From assembly GCA_016235665.1 (NCBI GenBank), contig JACRJI010000013.1:143095-207094 (forward strand): 64,000 nucleotides of DNA, read 5' to 3'. Numbering within the stretch: position 1 is the first letter of the stretch; each line of letters starts with the position of its first letter. Position numbers and translations under genes: made by a program. The stretch is from a candidate division TA06 bacterium. Its GTDB lineage: Bacteria; Edwardsbacteria; AC1; EtOH8. Below the pieces are notes generated by a model. That model saw nothing but the letters and a program-made list of their open reading frames with translations. It had not been told where the DNA came from and did not search any database. Below, in pieces: positions 19,360 through 30,302 of this stretch.

Positions 19360-20580
19360 CTGACTAAAAATATTGTTGTGATCGGAGGAGGTCCGGCCGG
19401 AATGATGGCCGCAGCCTCTGCCGCTAAAAATGGCGCAAATGTTGTGTTGCTGGAAAAAATGCCGGCTTTGGGCCGCAAATTGCTGCTTACCGGGCAGGGG
19501 CGCTGTAATGTCACAAATAACCTTGAACCCAAACAGTTCATTTACGACTGCGGTTCCGGCGCCCGCTTTTTGCATGGAGCCTTGAACCGTTTTTCCGGCC
19601 AGGATGCGTTGGATTTCTTTGAACAGCTGGGAGTGAAACTGGTGCTGGAGCGGGGAGGAAGGTATTTCCCGGAATCACAAAGGTCCATGGAAATACTGCT
19701 GGCCCTGCAAAAAGCCCTGAAGCAGGCCAGGGTGGATGTTGTTTGCTGTGCCAGGGTTTTGAATATTTCCAAACAGCCTGGCGGTTTTAAAATATCCACA
19801 CCCGATAAGAAATATACTGCGGATTCTTTGATAATAGCCACCGGTGGGAAGTCATATCCGGCCACCGGCTCCACCGGTGACGGTTATGGTTTTGCCCAAG
19901 AACTAGGGCACACTATCGTTCCCACCCGGCCCAGCGATGTGCCTCTGACGGTGAAGGAGGATTTTATCAAACAGCTTCAGGGGTTAAGCCTGAAGAATGT
20001 TGAACTGAAATTATGGCAGGGCCAGAAAAGGATTTCGTTATTCGGGGAGATGCTGTTCACCCATTACGGCATTTCCGGTCCGATGGCGCTGGATGCCAGC
20101 CGGGTGGCCGGCGGGTGGCTTAAAGACGGGCCGGTGCAATGTTCGCTGGACCTTAAGCCCGCCCTGTCAAACGAAGTGTTGGACCAGCGGCTGCTGCGCG
20201 ACATGGATTCCCAGGGCAGGAAGACCTACAAAAATCTTTTAAAAGGGCTGCTGCCGTCAAGCCTGATCCCGGTATTCTGCTTACTTTCCCGGATAAACCA
20301 GAACATCCTGGTCAACCAATTGAACAAAGAACAGCGGGGCGTGGTCAGAAAACTGATGAAGGGGATTCATTTCACCATCACCGGTTTAAGGGGCTATGAC
20401 GAAGCAGTGGTCACCGCTGGCGGAGTGGATCTCTCGGAGGTCAATCCCAAAACAATGGAATCCAAGAAAACGCCCGGCCTGTATTTTTGCGGGGAAGTAT
20501 TGGACCTGGACGGTCCTTGCGGGGGATACAACCTGCAGATAGCCTGGTCCACCGGGTTTGCGGCCGGGAACAGTGTCTAA
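19360..20580 (+). CDS. HI0933/YhiN-family flavoprotein (NAD(P)/FAD-dependent oxidoreductase)
   Basis: IVVIGGGPAG, GRKLLLTGQGRCNVTN, ATGGKSYPATGSTGDG, LFTHYGISGP, GGYNLQIAWSTG. Start uncertain (CTG 19360, ATT 19348 or GTG 19378). Confidence 0.9.
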   Translation: MTKNIVVIGGGPAGMMAAASAAKNGANVVLLEKMPALGRKLLLTGQGRCNVTNNLEPKQFIYDCGSGARFLHGALNRFSGQDALDFFEQLGVKLVLERGGRYFPESQRSMEILLALQKALKQARVDVVCCARVLNISKQPGGFKISTPDKKYTADSLIIATGGKSYPATGSTGDGYGFAQELGHTIVPTRPSDVPLTVKEDFIKQLQGLSLKNVELKLWQGQKRISLFGEMLFTHYGISGPMALDASRVAGGWLKDGPVQCSLDLKPALSNEVLDQRLLRDMDSQGRKTYKNLLKGLLPSSLIPVFCLLSRINQNILVNQLNKEQRGVVRKLMKGIHFTITGLRGYDEAVVTAGGVDLSEVNPKTMESKKTPGLYFCGEVLDLDGPCGGYNLQIAWSTGFAAGNSV

Positions 20581-20597
20581 AACCCAACTTGTTTTTG

Positions 20598-22229
20598 ATG
20601 TCCCAACAAAGGCATGACATAAACAAGGATCAGCGGCACCTGGAGGTGATGTCGGCTTGGGTGCGCTGGGCGGTGCTGTTCCTGGCGGCGCTGCTGACGG
20701 CGGTGCATCCCGAACAATTGGATTACAGAGGGCTGGGACTGATAATCGTTCTTGCTCTGGCGGCGGTTTACAACCTGCTGATAATCCTGGCCGGGGCCAA
20801 GGTCTTTGATATCTTAAGGCGCCAGCCCATCACCCTGATATTTGATCTGGTATTTGCCACACTGCTGATAGCATTTACCGGGGGCAGTCTAAGCCGGTTC
20901 TTCTATCTTTATTACCTGGCAGTGATCTGGGCGGCCCTGCTGGGGAACCGCCAGGGGGCCCTAAAAACTGCCGGCGCTTCTATCATATTATATATTTCAG
21001 TGGTGGCCTGGCGCCGGGAATTGTCTTGGGACCAATTGTTTTTGTACGACCTGTTCTTTAAGATAGGGTTGCTGTCCCTGACCGCCTTTTGGGCTGGGTT
21101 TCTTTCCGATCAGCAAAAACTCTGGCGCCGCCGTCATCAGGAGCTAAGTCAGGCGGCAGATGAGCTGACCCGCACCGCCTCCAACATCCAGTCGGTGGCC
21201 ATGTTCGGCATTGGGGCGCTGATCTCTTCATCCAAGAACATTGAGGAAACCCTGGGTCTGACCCTGGATGCCATAGAGGACATTGTAAAATCTGACCGCT
21301 GTTCCATCCTGTTGCTGGAATTCGGCACCAGGGAACTGGTACTGCGGGCAGCCCGGGGGATGAGGGCCGGGATGGTGGGCAAACTAAGACTGAAAGCCGA
21401 TCAAGGTATAGCCGGAGAAGTTTTGAAGACGGGAATTCCCAAGAACGTTCCCGACACCGATCTGGAGCCGATGTTCGTGCCATCGCCCAAGGGATACGAC
21501 AAGATCCGCTCCATGCTGGTGGTCCCTCTGATGGTCCGGGAAAAAAGGCTGGGAGTGATCAATATATCCGAGGTCAAGGGCAAAAGGGAGTTCACCTCCG
21601 GCGAGCTGGAGGCCATAAAGCTGATAGCCGATTACGCGGCCCTGGCCCTGGAGAACGCGGGCATCATGGAAGAGAAGGAGCGTGAGGCCACCACCGACGG
21701 TTTGACGGGGCTTTATAACTACCGCTATTTTTGGGAAGAACTTTTGGATTTAATGAAAGATGAACAGCAGCATCCCCTGTCCCTGATCTGGATGGACCTG
21801 GATCATTTCAAGGAATACAACGACGTCTTTGGCCACCTTAAAGGCAGCGAGATACTGAAGAGGATGGGCGATATGATCGGGACGGCCCTGGCCGGACAGT
21901 CTTCAGTGGTCTGCCGCTATGGCGGCGATGAATTTGCGGTTATTCTTAAAAACTCAGACCGGGGCCAGGCCTGCAGGGCAGCTGAGGCCATAAGGCTTTC
22001 CATCTACAGGACAGAATTCTCCCAAACCCGGCCAGGCGGGAAAAAACTTTCAGCCAGCTTGGGGGTGGCCGTTTTCCCGGGCGACGCCAAGGAAGGAAGA
22101 GAACTGATAGAAAAGGCCGATCAGGCCATGTATTTTGCCAAAGAACAGGGCAAGAACAGAGTGGCTTACTGGGATCGGGAAAAAATAAGTCTGACAAATG
22201 GATCAAAACATAAAAAGCAAATAAAATAA
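20598..22229 (+). CDS. Membrane-bound GAF + GGDEF diguanylate cyclase
   Basis: Several TM helices, GAF domain (SMLVVPL...GVINI), DGLTGLYN, DLDHFKEYNDVFGH, RYGGDEF. ATG 20598 follows the upstream stop. Confidence 0.9.
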   Translation: MSQQRHDINKDQRHLEVMSAWVRWAVLFLAALLTAVHPEQLDYRGLGLIIVLALAAVYNLLIILAGAKVFDILRRQPITLIFDLVFATLLIAFTGGSLSRFFYLYYLAVIWAALLGNRQGALKTAGASIILYISVVAWRRELSWDQLFLYDLFFKIGLLSLTAFWAGFLSDQQKLWRRRHQELSQAADELTRTASNIQSVAMFGIGALISSSKNIEETLGLTLDAIEDIVKSDRCSILLLEFGTRELVLRAARGMRAGMVGKLRLKADQGIAGEVLKTGIPKNVPDTDLEPMFVPSPKGYDKIRSMLVVPLMVREKRLGVINISEVKGKREFTSGELEAIKLIADYAALALENAGIMEEKEREATTDGLTGLYNYRYFWEELLDLMKDEQQHPLSLIWMDLDHFKEYNDVFGHLKGSEILKRMGDMIGTALAGQSSVVCRYGGDEFAVILKNSDRGQACRAAEAIRLSIYRTEFSQTRPGGKKLSASLGVAVFPGDAKEGRELIEKADQAMYFAKEQGKNRVAYWDREKISLTNGSKHKKQIK

Positions 22230-22257
22230 TCATTCAATATAAAATTCGGAGAAGATC

Positions 22258-23541
22258 ATGAAATTAGCAGTAGTGGGGACCGGATATGTGGGCCTGGTCT
22301 CCGGAGTTTGTTTCGCGGAATGGGGGCATCAGGTGATCTGCGTAGACAACGACGCGTCAAAGATCGAAATGCTTAAAAATGGACAGATACCGATATACGA
22401 ACCGGGGCTGAAGGAACTGATGGATAAGAACCTGGCCCGCCTGTCCTTTACCACTTCCATTGAAGAAGCCACCGACCAATCCGATATCATCTTCATTGCC
22501 GTGGGTACGCCGCCCCGGCCCAACGGGGAGGCCGATCTTTCCGCAGTGGAGTCAGTGGCCGCAACCGTGGCCCGCCGGATGAAAAGCTACAAGCTGGTGG
22601 TGGAAAAATCAACCGTGCCGGTGCAGACCGGCGACCAGGTCAAAAGAACCATGGCCCAGAACAATGTGAACAAAGTGGAATTTGACGTGGCCTCCAACCC
22701 GGAATTCCTGAGGGAGGGCACGGCCATAGAGGATTCCTTAAAGCCAGACCGGGTGGTGTTCGGCACCGACTCCGAGAGGGCCCAAAAAATGCTGATGGAA
22801 CTGTACAGCCCCTTGGGCTGCCCCATTGTGGCCACCGACATCCAGAGCTCGGAGCTGATCAAACACGCCTCCAATTCATTCCTGGCCATGAAGATCTCGT
22901 TCATTAATGCGGTCTCGGTGGTTTGCGAAAAATCGGGAGCCAACGTAGAGGAGGTAGCCTATGGCATGGGCTTGGACAAAAGGATCGGCAGAAGCTTTCT
23001 GAACGCCGGCATCGGCTTCGGAGGTTTCTGCTTCCCCAAGGACCTTCAGGCTTTCATCCGGATCTCGGAAAAGCTGGGCTACGATTTCAAACTGCTGAAG
23101 GAGGTCGAGGGGATCAACGACCAGCAGAAGATGAATTTCGTCAAAAAAATTGAAGAGACGGTATGGAATATTTCGGGCAAGACCATCGGCATCCTGGGGC
23201 TGGCCTTTAAGCCCAATACCGACGACATGCGGTTCGCCCCGTCCATCGAGATTATCGAAGCCCTGCAAAGGGACGGAGCCAAGATCAAGGCCTACGATCC
23301 GGTGTCCATGGACCGGGCCAAGCAGGTGTTGAAGGACGTTCAATACTGCGACAATCCCTACGATGTCGCCAGTGATGCCGACTGCCTGGCCATAGTCACC
23401 GAATGGGATGAATTTAAAAAACTTGATTTGGCCAAGATCAGAACAATGCTGAAGGTTCCGGCCATAGTGGACGGGCGTAATATCTTCGATCCTTTCAAAA
23501 TGAAGGAAATGGGCTTCACTTACAAGGGGATCGGCAGATGA
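22258..23541 (+). CDS. ugd: UDP-glucose 6-dehydrogenase
   Basis: [37 protein letters not shown]. Confidence 0.93.
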   Translation: MKLAVVGTGYVGLVSGVCFAEWGHQVICVDNDASKIEMLKNGQIPIYEPGLKELMDKNLARLSFTTSIEEATDQSDIIFIAVGTPPRPNGEADLSAVESVAATVARRMKSYKLVVEKSTVPVQTGDQVKRTMAQNNVNKVEFDVASNPEFLREGTAIEDSLKPDRVVFGTDSERAQKMLMELYSPLGCPIVATDIQSSELIKHASNSFLAMKISFINAVSVVCEKSGANVEEVAYGMGLDKRIGRSFLNAGIGFGGFCFPKDLQAFIRISEKLGYDFKLLKEVEGINDQQKMNFVKKIEETVWNISGKTIGILGLAFKPNTDDMRFAPSIEIIEALQRDGAKIKAYDPVSMDRAKQVLKDVQYCDNPYDVASDADCLAIVTEWDEFKKLDLAKIRTMLKVPAIVDGRNIFDPFKMKEMGFTYKGIGR

Positions 23542-24494
23542 GGATCATTGTGGCCGGAGGGGCCGGCTTTTTGGGCTCCCACCTTTGCGACCGGCTGCTG
23601 GCTGATGGGCACCAAGTGATAGCGCTGGACAACCTGGTCACCGGGAGTCTGGAGAACATCAGCCACCTGCAGGGCCGGAGCGATTTCAGTTTCATCAAAC
23701 AGGATGTGACCAAGCTATTCCGGATCGAAGAGCCGGTGGATTTCGTCTTTGATCTGGCTTCGCCCGCCAGCCCCATTGATTTTGTGAAAATTCCAATTGA
23801 GATTCTGCTGGTGGGATCATACGGCGTGCATAATCTGCTGGAGCTGGCCCGGGAGAAGAGGGCCGGGTTCCTTTTAACATCTACCTCCGAGGTTTATGGC
23901 GATCCCATGGTGCATCCCCAGGGTGAGGATTACTGGGGCAACGTCAATCCTATCGGTCCGCGCAGCGTCTATGACGAGTCCAAACGCTATGCCGAGGCCA
24001 TGACTATGGCTTATCAACGGTTCCATCAGGTCGACACCAGGATCGTCAGAATATTCAACACCTACGGGCCGCGGATGCGGTTGGACGACGGGAGAGTGGT
24101 GCCTGCGCTGATAGACCAGGCCCGGCATAACCGCCCGCTGACGGTATTCGGCGATGGCAGCCAAACCCGCAGTTTTTGTTATGTCTCGGACCTGATCGAG
24201 GGTATCTATTTGACAATGAAATCGGCGGAGCACCAGCCGATAAACCTGGGCAACCCCCACGAGATGTCCATACTGGAATTCGCCCGGGACATTCAAAAAT
24301 ACACCGGCACCAAAGCCCCGATCGAGCATAAGCCCCTGCCGGCCGATGATCCCAAGGTTCGAAGACCGGATATCGGCAGGGCCAGGAAGATCCTGAACTG
24401 GGAGCCGGCGGTCGGCTTTGAAGAAGGGATAAAAAAGACAATAGAGTGGTTCGCCAATAAAAACAACAATAACAAAACAGATGTTTCCGGTTAA
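23538..24494 (+). CDS. UDP-glucuronate decarboxylase (UDP-xylose synthase family SDR)
   Basis: [52 protein letters not shown]. Confidence 0.88.
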   Translation: MRIIVAGGAGFLGSHLCDRLLADGHQVIALDNLVTGSLENISHLQGRSDFSFIKQDVTKLFRIEEPVDFVFDLASPASPIDFVKIPIEILLVGSYGVHNLLELAREKRAGFLLTSTSEVYGDPMVHPQGEDYWGNVNPIGPRSVYDESKRYAEAMTMAYQRFHQVDTRIVRIFNTYGPRMRLDDGRVVPALIDQARHNRPLTVFGDGSQTRSFCYVSDLIEGIYLTMKSAEHQPINLGNPHEMSILEFARDIQKYTGTKAPIEHKPLPADDPKVRRPDIGRARKILNWEPAVGFEEGIKKTIEWFANKNNNNKTDVSG

Positions 24495-26061
24495 AAAAGC
24501 CACCGGGTATCTGATCTTGGGTCTGATACTGTTGATCGGTCTGGTGTTGAGGATGGATGGCTTAAAATGGGGGATCCCGAAGGCGCCGTACTGGAGGTCT
24601 TACCATCCTGATGAAAGGGTAGCCTTTTATACTCTGCTGGAGATGACTACTTCCAACGGATCCCTCAATCCCCATTATTTTATCAACCCCACCTTTCATT
24701 ATTACCTGATAGGATCGGTCTGGTGGGCGGCAAAAATCATTAAATTAGTGCCTTCAGCTAAGGATATTGTAAACGAATCTCCTTCGGTAACCCTGGATGA
24801 TGTAACCAATATCTGGCTGTTGGCCCGTTCCATCAGCGTAGTGCTGGGAGTTCTGACGATTTGGCTGACCTTTCTTTTGGGCCGGGAGTTCTTTGAAAAT
24901 GATACTTATGCTCTGGCCGGAGCCTGGATGACAGCTGTTATGCCTACCATGGTGGTGCAGTCACATTATTTGACGGTCGACGGGCCAGTGGGATTCTGGT
25001 TTGTGGCGGCATTGTTGTTGATGATCAGGGCTTTCAGAAACGGGAGAATGTGGGGGTGGGCTGCCGCCGGTCTGGTAGCAGGAATCTCGATGGCCACCAA
25101 GTACAACGCCCTGGCTGGCATCATACCGGTATTTACAGCTCTTTTGATCCGGCAGATAATGAACCGTGATGAGAAGGTCGAGAAGATGCCTATCAGGGCT
25201 CTGATTTTTGCATCCTGCCTGATAACAGGTTTTTTACTAGGGTGTCCATATGCGGTGCTTTCCTTCAGCGAGTGGAAAGAGGGGATCAATGGTTTGATGT
25301 ATTACAACGTTTTGCCCACCCAATGGCTTTATCCCTGGTTTGTCACCAGCCGCCTTTCCCTGGGCTGGCCGTGTTGGGTAATGTTACTGGTCTCCCTGAC
25401 AGCAATTTTCATAAAACCTGATAAAACGGGGATTGTTCTTGCAGCCGGTGTATTTCCATTATTTCTGATCTACGGCTACAAGGCTTCGCCTTTTATGCGG
25501 CACATGGTACTGTTAGTACCCCTGATGATATTACTGATAATATATGCTTTCAAGAAAGGCGGCGAATATTTCAGAAATCGTAGTTTTAAAATAATGGCTG
25601 GAGGGTTAATCTTTTTGACATCACTTTATGCCTTGGCTAACAGCCTGGCCTGGGTAAAGGTGATGTCCGGACAGGATACCAGGGAGGAAGCGGCAGAATA
25701 CCTCATTCAAAGCGTACCTATAGGTTCGAATATTGGTTTGGCCGGGAGGTCCTGGTTCTATACTCCGCCCTTGGAGGAGGACCAATATAATCTTGTCCGT
25801 TTGGAATACAATCCGGACAAGCTTGGCTATTTATCTCCACAGCTGGTTGTGATAAGTGAATACGAATCAAAACAATACGCCTTTTGCCGGGTGGCTCCCG
25901 AGGTACGGGAGAGCTTTTTCAAAATGTTCAATGAACGTTACCATGTAAAAAAGACATTTAGAAGAATTCCTCAGTACTGTGGAATAAAATTCGATGACTA
26001 TCCTCTGGCCGACTGGAATTATTTTTATCCCGAGATAACAATTTACGAAAGGACCTATTAA
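24481..26061 (+). CDS. GT-C fold glycosyltransferase (ArnT/PMT-like)
   Basis: HPDE after the first TM helix, PTFHYY, ATKY, about 11 TM segments, C-terminal soluble domain. Confidence 0.75.
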   Translation: MFPVKKATGYLILGLILLIGLVLRMDGLKWGIPKAPYWRSYHPDERVAFYTLLEMTTSNGSLNPHYFINPTFHYYLIGSVWWAAKIIKLVPSAKDIVNESPSVTLDDVTNIWLLARSISVVLGVLTIWLTFLLGREFFENDTYALAGAWMTAVMPTMVVQSHYLTVDGPVGFWFVAALLLMIRAFRNGRMWGWAAAGLVAGISMATKYNALAGIIPVFTALLIRQIMNRDEKVEKMPIRALIFASCLITGFLLGCPYAVLSFSEWKEGINGLMYYNVLPTQWLYPWFVTSRLSLGWPCWVMLLVSLTAIFIKPDKTGIVLAAGVFPLFLIYGYKASPFMRHMVLLVPLMILLIIYAFKKGGEYFRNRSFKIMAGGLIFLTSLYALANSLAWVKVMSGQDTREEAAEYLIQSVPIGSNIGLAGRSWFYTPPLEEDQYNLVRLEYNPDKLGYLSPQLVVISEYESKQYAFCRVAPEVRESFFKMFNERYHVKKTFRRIPQYCGIKFDDYPLADWNYFYPEITIYERTY

Positions 26062-26741
26062 TGAGGCTTTCAGTGATCATGCCGGTTTATAATGAAAAGG
26101 CCACCATCGAAAAAATAATATCCCGGGTCCAGGACGTTCCAGTTGAGAAGGAACTGGTGATTGTGGACGACTATTCCAACGACGGCACACGGGAGATTCT
26201 TAAAAATTATGAAGGGAAGCCGGGCATCAAGATATGCTGGCATCCCCACAACCTGGGCAAAGGGGCCGGCGTTCGCACCGGTATTCGGGAATGCACCGGA
26301 GATTACATCATCATTCAGGATGCCGATCTGGAATATGACCCAAATGATGTTTTACACATGGTTCAGATTGCCCAGTTAAAAAATGCCGATGTTGTTTTTG
26401 GCAACAGATTTATGGGCCTTCACACAGGACTTTATTTTTGGAATGCCCTGGCCAACAAGTTTTTAACTTTCATGACCAATCTGGTCTATAATGCCTGGAT
26501 TGAGGATATGGAAACCTGTTATAAGCTGGTGCGCCGGGAAAAATTGCAACGATTGACGTTGAAAAGCAAAGGGTTTGACATAGAACCCGAGATAACCGGC
26601 AAACTGCTCAAACAGAAATTGAAGATATATGAAGTCCCCATCTCATACGATGGGCGGACCTATGAGGAAGGAAAGAAGATACGTGCCCGTGACGGAATCA
26701 TCGCCCTGTATACTTTACTAAAATATCGTTTCATAGATTAA
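26061..26741 (+). CDS. GT2 glycosyltransferase (polyprenol-phosphate sugar synthase-like)
   Basis: SVIMPVYNE, VDDYSNDGT, NLGKG, QDADLEYDP, DMETCYK. Confidence 0.88.
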   Translation: MRLSVIMPVYNEKATIEKIISRVQDVPVEKELVIVDDYSNDGTREILKNYEGKPGIKICWHPHNLGKGAGVRTGIRECTGDYIIIQDADLEYDPNDVLHMVQIAQLKNADVVFGNRFMGLHTGLYFWNALANKFLTFMTNLVYNAWIEDMETCYKLVRREKLQRLTLKSKGFDIEPEITGKLLKQKLKIYEVPISYDGRTYEEGKKIRARDGIIALYTLLKYRFID

Positions 26742-26758
26742 CATTATAAAAAGGTCGT

Positions 26759-27679
26759 ATGCTTAATAAAGTCACTACCATCAGGCAGGAAAAGGAAAAA
26801 GAATTTGTTGTCTGCAACAACTGTGGATCAAATCAACCGGTAAAATGCTTCGTCATTCAGGGGTTTCAAATAGTGGACTGCACCAAATGCGGTTTGCGTT
26901 ATGTGAACCCCCGATTGACCTCTGAAGCCATTAAGGTTCTCTACACTATTGATTATTTTAAAAGTGACGACTCAGTAGTGTATGGGTATGATGATTACAT
27001 CGCTGAACATGATACCATAATAAAAACATTCCAAAAACGCTGGAATAAATTGTCCGGTTATCTCCCCAAAACCGGTTCAATGCTTGATATTGGTGCCGCC
27101 TGTGGTTTTCTGATGGAAGTGGCCAAATATAACGGCTGGCAGTCCCGGGGGCTTGAAGTATCAGCCGATATGGCGAAGTTGGGCCATGATCAATACGGGC
27201 ATGATATTATGGTAGGGGCTCTCACGCACCCCGAACTTCAGCCCTCCAGTTATGATCTGATCACTATGTGGGATACCATAGAACACTCCCCGGATCCGGT
27301 TGGCGACTTGAAAAGAATTGGGAGATTGCTGAAACCCGGCGGTGTTTTGTCACTGATCACTCCAGATAGCGGAAGCCTGCATGCTAGAATATTCGGATCA
27401 AAATGGGTTGAATATCAGCGGCCACAGGAACATATCTATTTTTTCTCTCATCAATTGCTTGAAAAAATATTAAAACAGAATGGATTTGAAATCGCATGGT
27501 CCGGTACTGCCGGTAAATATGTAAGTTGGAAGTTTGCCCTGAACAGATTGCGCTGTTATTGGCCGGGTCTTATAAAAGTAGCAGAGTGGATCATGAAAAA
27601 AACAGGTATATATGAAACATTTACGTATATTGATCCCAAAGATAAGATGTCCATAGTGGCCAGAAAGAAAAAGGGGTAG
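26759..27679 (+). CDS. Class I SAM-dependent methyltransferase with N-terminal zinc ribbon
   Basis: CNNC...CTKC, LDIGAACG, WDTIEH, LKPGG. Confidence 0.85.
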   Translation: MLNKVTTIRQEKEKEFVVCNNCGSNQPVKCFVIQGFQIVDCTKCGLRYVNPRLTSEAIKVLYTIDYFKSDDSVVYGYDDYIAEHDTIIKTFQKRWNKLSGYLPKTGSMLDIGAACGFLMEVAKYNGWQSRGLEVSADMAKLGHDQYGHDIMVGALTHPELQPSSYDLITMWDTIEHSPDPVGDLKRIGRLLKPGGVLSLITPDSGSLHARIFGSKWVEYQRPQEHIYFFSHQLLEKILKQNGFEIAWSGTAGKYVSWKFALNRLRCYWPGLIKVAEWIMKKTGIYETFTYIDPKDKMSIVARKKKG

Positions 27680-27682
27680 CAG

Positions 27683-29338
27683 ATGGGCCGGAAATCAAAA
27701 CAGAATAAAACAGCTGCACCCCTTGCAGCACCCAAAGGCAAATTGCACCGATTAACGGGCTTTATTGAAAACCATCGTCTATTAGTGTTGTTCGCATGTT
27801 TAGTCATCGTGCTGTTGGCGGCTCTGATATCTTTTGATCCTAAACAATCCACTGGTGGTGATAACGGCACCTATATTTCCCTGACCCGGTCTTTGCTGGA
27901 TGGAAAGGGTTATCGTGATCTGTATATGCCGGGCGAACCGTACCATCACCAATACCCTTTTGGATATCCCTTATTGTTGGCAGCGATCGGCGCTTTTTTT
28001 AACCAATCATTTTTGATGTATAATATATTTTCGGTAATCTGCCTGATCGCAGGTTGTTGGGTAGTGTATGGATTAATGCACCGTTTATCCGGGAGCGAGG
28101 GTGATTGGCGGTCAGTATTACCGGTGACGATTGTGTTGCTGACAGGGCTAAATCCTTCTCTGCTTGAATTCTCACACTTGGCCCTGACAGAGATCCCGTA
28201 TTGTTTTTTTAGTTTGACTGGTTTGTTGCTGATCCTGCGGTCTGAACGCGAGCAGGGACTGTCCTATGTGTTATTGATCTTGGGACTAATTGTTTCGGCC
28301 TACAGCTATTATATTCGCCCCAACGGCATAACCTTACTTGGAGCGATAGTGATATATTTTATGTTTCGACGCAATTGGAAGGCGGTGATAATTACCGCAA
28401 TCGGAGCGTTGATTTTGTTGCTGCCTTGGACCGTTTACAACCACCAAACCGGTAGCGGTATGGGACAATCGGTAAGCATATTTTTCACCAAGGATGTTTA
28501 TAATCTTGACGCTGGAAGATTGGGATTTTTTGATATGTTGGGGCGGATGGTGGAAAATTGGCAAATATATTTCGGGTCTGTTTTACCGGCCATGTTTTTG
28601 CCGGTGGCTGGGACAGCGATCTCCGGTTTAGCCGGAGGCGGTAGAATTGCCGTTGCTGTGATCTGCTTCGGAATACTTATGACCGGCATAGTGACACAAT
28701 GGCGCCGGCAAGGGGTGCTTATTGGTTTGTATCTGACTGGGTATATACTTTTGACTTTAGTTTGGCATCCCACGGTCAGCAGCGACCGCTATCTTGTCCC
28801 GGTATATCCGTTGTTGTTATATTTTAGTTTATTTGGAGTAATTTGGCTGACGAACCAAATTGATGTTGTTTTAACCAAAGCAGTCATACCAGTACTGACG
28901 ATGATACTGCTGATAGCCGCAGCGGCCATTATTCTTCCCGAGGTAGCCAGCAATATGGAGATGCAGTCCGCCTACCGTAAGGGAGACCATCTGGCCGGAT
29001 ACGATCCGGCCTGGCGCAGTTTCTTCACCGCCGCGGAGTGGGTCAAAGCCAGCACCACGGAAAACAGCATCGTGGTTTCCCGCAAACCATCATTGTTCTT
29101 CCTTTCAGCTCAGAGGAAAACATTCTGCTATCCTTTCACCGCCAACCGGGATTCGGTTTTGAAAGTGATAGACCGGGCCGATTACGTGATGGTGGAACCG
29201 GTCAGCGGCACCGGGCAAAAATACCTGATCCCGGCCATCCAGCCGCTGCTGGACAAGAAATATAAAATCATATATGCCCAGGGCGAACCGCCCACCTATG
29301 TACTGCAGATAATAAAGGAGAATCCCAATGCCAGATAA
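27683..29338 (+). CDS. GT-C fold glycosyltransferase
   Basis: GD..YI, YPFGYP, LTEIP, IRPNG, RYLVP; multiple TM helices. Confidence 0.72.
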   Translation: MGRKSKQNKTAAPLAAPKGKLHRLTGFIENHRLLVLFACLVIVLLAALISFDPKQSTGGDNGTYISLTRSLLDGKGYRDLYMPGEPYHHQYPFGYPLLLAAIGAFFNQSFLMYNIFSVICLIAGCWVVYGLMHRLSGSEGDWRSVLPVTIVLLTGLNPSLLEFSHLALTEIPYCFFSLTGLLLILRSEREQGLSYVLLILGLIVSAYSYYIRPNGITLLGAIVIYFMFRRNWKAVIITAIGALILLLPWTVYNHQTGSGMGQSVSIFFTKDVYNLDAGRLGFFDMLGRMVENWQIYFGSVLPAMFLPVAGTAISGLAGGGRIAVAVICFGILMTGIVTQWRRQGVLIGLYLTGYILLTLVWHPTVSSDRYLVPVYPLLLYFSLFGVIWLTNQIDVVLTKAVIPVLTMILLIAAAAIILPEVASNMEMQSAYRKGDHLAGYDPAWRSFFTAAEWVKASTTENSIVVSRKPSLFFLSAQRKTFCYPFTANRDSVLKVIDRADYVMVEPVSGTGQKYLIPAIQPLLDKKYKIIYAQGEPPTYVLQIIKENPNAR

Positions 29339-30287
29339 GATCAATCTCTCGGTGGTGATTCCGGTCTACAACGAGGAAGAGAACATAGCCGAACTTTCAT
29401 CGCGGCTAACCAAGGTTTGTCAGTCCCTGGGAAAAAGCTACGAAATACTGTATGTGGACGATGGAAGCAGGGACGGGACGCTTGAAGCCATTAAAAAAGC
29501 AAAGTTGAAGGATAATAATATTTATGCAATCAGCCTGGCTAAAAACTTTGGCAAGTCGGGTGCCTATGCCGCCGGCTTCCATGAAGCCAAAGGGGACGTG
29601 ATAATCACCATGGACGGTGACCTTCAGGACCGGCCAGAACAGATCCCGGATTTTCTTAAAAAGATCGAAGAGGGATACGACCTGGTCACCGGCTGGAAGT
29701 ATACCGGGAAGGGGAAAAGGGCTTTGTCTTCAATCCTTTTCAACGGTCTGGTGCAAAGGCTCACTAAACTCAGAAGTATTCATGATACAAATTGTCCCTT
29801 TAAGGCCTACAAAGCCGAGATCGTAAGCAGCCGGGAAGAGAACAAGAACGCGGGATTGTGGATCTATGGCAATCTATACCGCTTCATTCCAGCCATGGCC
29901 TTTTGGAAGGGTTACCGGGTGACCGAGATCAAAGTTGAGAATGATCCCCGCCGATACGGGCATACAAAATACGGGCCAACTAGATTTGTCGGAGGATTTT
30001 TAGATCTCTTAACTATTGTATTTATCACCCAATACATAAAAAGACCTTTATATTTTTTTGCAATGATTGGTTTGTCCCTTCTATGCACCGGATTTTTATT
30101 TGACTTAGGCATAGTCCTATATGGCATTGTTTATGAAGGCAGGGTTGGCCATTTTGCAATGTTGATTTTGGGTCTTATTTGCATAGTGATTGGCATCCAG
30201 TTCATTTTTACGGGACTGCTGGCGGAAATGATAGTCCGCCTGCATCAGGAACAGCGAAGAGATATTCCTGTTTACAGGAAACAATAA
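29328..30287 (+). CDS. GT2 glycosyltransferase, ArnC/GtrB-like with two C-terminal TM helices
   Basis: SVVIPVYNEE, VDDGSRDGT, NFGKS, MDGDLQD, RFIP. Confidence 0.88.
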   Translation: MPDKINLSVVIPVYNEEENIAELSSRLTKVCQSLGKSYEILYVDDGSRDGTLEAIKKAKLKDNNIYAISLAKNFGKSGAYAAGFHEAKGDVIITMDGDLQDRPEQIPDFLKKIEEGYDLVTGWKYTGKGKRALSSILFNGLVQRLTKLRSIHDTNCPFKAYKAEIVSSREENKNAGLWIYGNLYRFIPAMAFWKGYRVTEIKVENDPRRYGHTKYGPTRFVGGFLDLLTIVFITQYIKRPLYFFAMIGLSLLCTGFLFDLGIVLYGIVYEGRVGHFAMLILGLICIVIGIQFIFTGLLAEMIVRLHQEQRRDIPVYRKQ

Positions 30288-30302
30288 TCTTTCGCAATAT
30301 AT

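Noticed and set aside
20487-20597. Upstream extension of the diguanylate cyclase
   Set aside because: Overlaps the flavoprotein gene; ATG 20598 is more plausible.
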